Position numbers and translations under genes: made by a program. This document shows positions 62,444 through 64,000 of a stretch of DNA of 64,000 nt, piece after piece (within the stretch, counting starts at the first letter, position 1; each line of letters starts with the position of its first letter). This DNA is from Candidatus Falkowbacteria bacterium. Lineage in GTDB: Bacteria; Patescibacteriota; Patescibacteriia; Patescibacteriales; UBA12075. The stretch spans positions 14,479 through 78,478 of the forward strand of contig JAZDLN010000027.1 in the NCBI GenBank assembly GCA_043801965.1, in the 5' to 3' direction. A model generated the notes under the pieces. It had not been told where the DNA came from. It worked only from the letters and a program-made list of their open reading frames with translations, and did not search any database.

Positions 62444-63355
62444 ATGTTTCTATCCCTGGCGCGAATCATAAAATTCAGTATCGAGGATATTTACCGCAAT
62501 GTCTGGCTCTCTCTCGTGACGGTCATACTTTTGATTCTGGCTCTTTTTTCCATTAACATGCTTCTGGTGGTTAAGGTAATCGGCCAGGCCGCCGTAGAAG
62601 CCGTCAAGGAAAAGATCGATATCAACCTATTCCTTAAAAACGAATCGAAAGAAGACGAGATCCTCGCGCTTAAAGCTGAGATCAGCGAGCTCAAAGAGGT
62701 TAAAAGCGTCACCTATATCTCCAAAGAGGAGGCGATGGCGAATTTTATCGACAAGCACAAGGATAATCCGGAAATACTGCAGGCTCTGCGGGAATTAGGC
62801 AATAATCCGCTGGCGCCGATACTCGTGATAAAACCGGCCAACCTTGATATCCTGGATAACCTGATCAATCGCCTTAATACTATCTCTAACGATATCATCG
62901 AATCGCGCAATTTCACGAATTATAAGATGCTTTTAAACAAGATAAACGATATTACGAATAAAGTCAGCGACGCAGGCCTGGTTTTAAGTGCTATTTTCGT
63001 CCTTATTACCGTTCTGGTGGTCTTTAACTCTATCCGGGTAGCGATCTATACCCATCGGCGCGAGATTATGATCATGCGCCTGGTCGGAGCTTCGCATTGG
63101 TTCATACAGATGCCGTATCTTTTATCGGGAGTTTTTTACACCCTGATCGGCGTTTTATCGATCATGGGTATTTTCTATCTTTTCCTGACTTTGCTTCAAC
63201 CTTACCTGGAAGCTTTTTTTGTGGGCTATAACGTTAACCTGCTTGAGTATTTTTACGGCAACGTTTTCACGATTTTCGGCGCGCAATTCCTCGGGGTGGC
63301 TTTGATAAATATTCTGGCCAGCCTCCTCGCTGTCAGGAAATATTCGAGGGTTTAA
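62444..63355 (+). CDS. ftsX: cell division permease-like protein FtsX
   Basis: N-terminal TM, periplasmic domain (ISKEEAMANFIDKH), C-terminal 3-TM FtsX domain (REIMIMRLVGAS). Confidence 0.9.
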   Translation: MFLSLARIIKFSIEDIYRNVWLSLVTVILLILALFSINMLLVVKVIGQAAVEAVKEKIDINLFLKNESKEDEILALKAEISELKEVKSVTYISKEEAMANFIDKHKDNPEILQALRELGNNPLAPILVIKPANLDILDNLINRLNTISNDIIESRNFTNYKMLLNKINDITNKVSDAGLVLSAIFVLITVLVVFNSIRVAIYTHRREIMIMRLVGASHWFIQMPYLLSGVFYTLIGVLSIMGIFYLFLTLLQPYLEAFFVGYNVNLLEYFYGNVFTIFGAQFLGVALINILASLLAVRKYSRV

Positions 63356-63410
63356 AATTGACAAATTTAATATTATAATGTAATATGCAGATAGAATTAA
63401 TCGTAAAATA

Positions 63411-63644
63411 ATGACTTTAACCCCGGAACAATTCAATAAAATAGTTACCAAAGATGAGCATCGTGAATTATCACGAAAAGTCGAAGAGATCAGCAATGAC
63501 GTGAAAAAAATTCTAACAGCTGTTGATGGCATCGCTAAAAAACACCGGGATTTTGAAGAAGAACTAACCTCAAATCAGGCTGCTCATGACCGGTTTCAAT
63601 CTGATATGATAAAAATAAAGGAGCAAGTAAAGCTGGGAATGTAA
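63411..63644 (+). CDS. hypothetical coiled-coil protein
   Basis: 77-aa ORF. No family recognised. Confidence 0.45.
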   Translation: MTLTPEQFNKIVTKDEHRELSRKVEEISNDVKKILTAVDGIAKKHRDFEEELTSNQAAHDRFQSDMIKIKEQVKLGM

Positions 63645-63779
63645 TTTTTAAACTTTAGATATGTTCGCGCAACTCATTCCGGCCAGAGTTGTTTTTTAAA
63701 CAAAAATTATAATCGTTATTTTTAACCCGACCGCTGGCGGTGCAAGTTCGTAACTTGTAATTTTATACATTCGGGGATC

Positions 63780-63972
63780 GGCCCAGTCATCCGACGGGCC
63801 AGGTCTAATGGCCCGCCTTCGTTAAAACTTCGGCGAGGCAGGCCCGCCTTCGTTAAAACTTCGGCGAGGCAAGTAGGACAGCAGGTTTTTCCCGTCATCC
63901 GACGGGACAAGGGTCCTGGCTATCGGGGTTCGCACCGCCATCCGGCGGGGCGCCATGTCGGATGACATGGCG
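63780..63972. repeat. Cluster of GTC-ATCC-GAC type hairpins plus a perfect 2 x 31-nt tandem repeat
   Basis: Hairpins at 63780-63800, 63890-63907 and 63935-63948 (ATCC loops) and 63951-63972 (9-bp stem, GGAT loop). The tandem ggcccgccttcgttaaaacttcggcgaggca occupies 63810-63840 and 63841-63871. Confidence 0.8.
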
Positions 63973-64000
63973 AATCCCAACCAATGTATGTTTTACGTTT

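Noticed and set aside
63810-63871. Possible CRISPR array (31-nt repeat)
   Set aside because: There are only two copies, directly abutting with no spacer, and no cas genes in the window. It is a tandem duplication, not a CRISPR.
63722-63910. 62-aa minus-strand ORF at the right edge
   Set aside because: Its sequence is simply the translation of the hairpin and tandem repeats (duplicated ...LPRRSFNEGGP-type peptide). No start context.
63700-64000. RNase P RNA, tmRNA, SRP RNA or group II intron at the right edge
   Set aside because: I could not find the conserved cores on either strand (for example GAGGAAAGTCC for RNase P, a tRNA-like GGTTCGA T-arm with an ACCA end for tmRNA, or the SRP GGAA/AGCA helix-8 motifs). 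The region is left as an unclassified repeat or possible ncRNA.

Overview
64-kb chromosomal segment using the standard code (TGA is a stop), moderate G+C and densely coding. The gene content suggests a Candidate Phyla Radiation / Patescibacteria (Parcubacteria-like) bacterium; this is an inference from content, with no database search. Supporting content: a DUF5679-like zinc-ribbon miniprotein, a DUF4012-like envelope protein, a TrbC/VirB2-like pilin, a type IV pilus operon with no secretin gene, and many small membrane hypotheticals. The window is dominated by cell-envelope and division functions: mreB; mraY-ftsW-murG; murC-murB; ftsB; ftsE-ftsX; an RlpA-domain/DD-carboxypeptidase fusion; four glycosyltransferases plus a UDP-glucuronate decarboxylase-like gene; and a QxxRW family-2 membrane glycosyltransferase. 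Other content: rpmE, lexA, a receiver-domain/MacA/MacB-type efflux operon, an S8 peptidase with FG-GAP repeats, a P-type cation ATPase, mtaD-like amidohydrolase, and tRNA-Thr(CGU) and tRNA-Gly(CCC). A minus-strand type IV pilus operon (pilB-pilC-three minor pilins-pilMNO) includes a 1354-aa giant minor pilin. Main items for follow-up: (1) a G+C-rich two-gene island (about 50.9-54.9 kb) of unrecognisable proteins, with its own near-consensus promoters, long leaders, a Cys-rich micro-ORF, strong terminators and CCCTCTCC/GGAGAGGG hairpin repeats; (2) a perfect 12-nt palindrome TATCCGCGGATA present only upstream of lexA and directly upstream of mraY, plus phased CGCGGAT half-sites at lexA, a candidate non-canonical SOS or division operator; (3) a TM-less TraD/VirD4-like ATPase with a CxxC-x17-CxxC zinc ribbon and disordered tail, paired with a 515-aa membrane protein; (4) a recurring class of intercistronic long imperfect hairpins whose arms are short tandem units; (5) a GC-rich hairpin and tandem-repeat cluster truncated by the right edge. 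No CRISPR array, transposase or integrase was seen. All family assignments come from motif recognition by eye.
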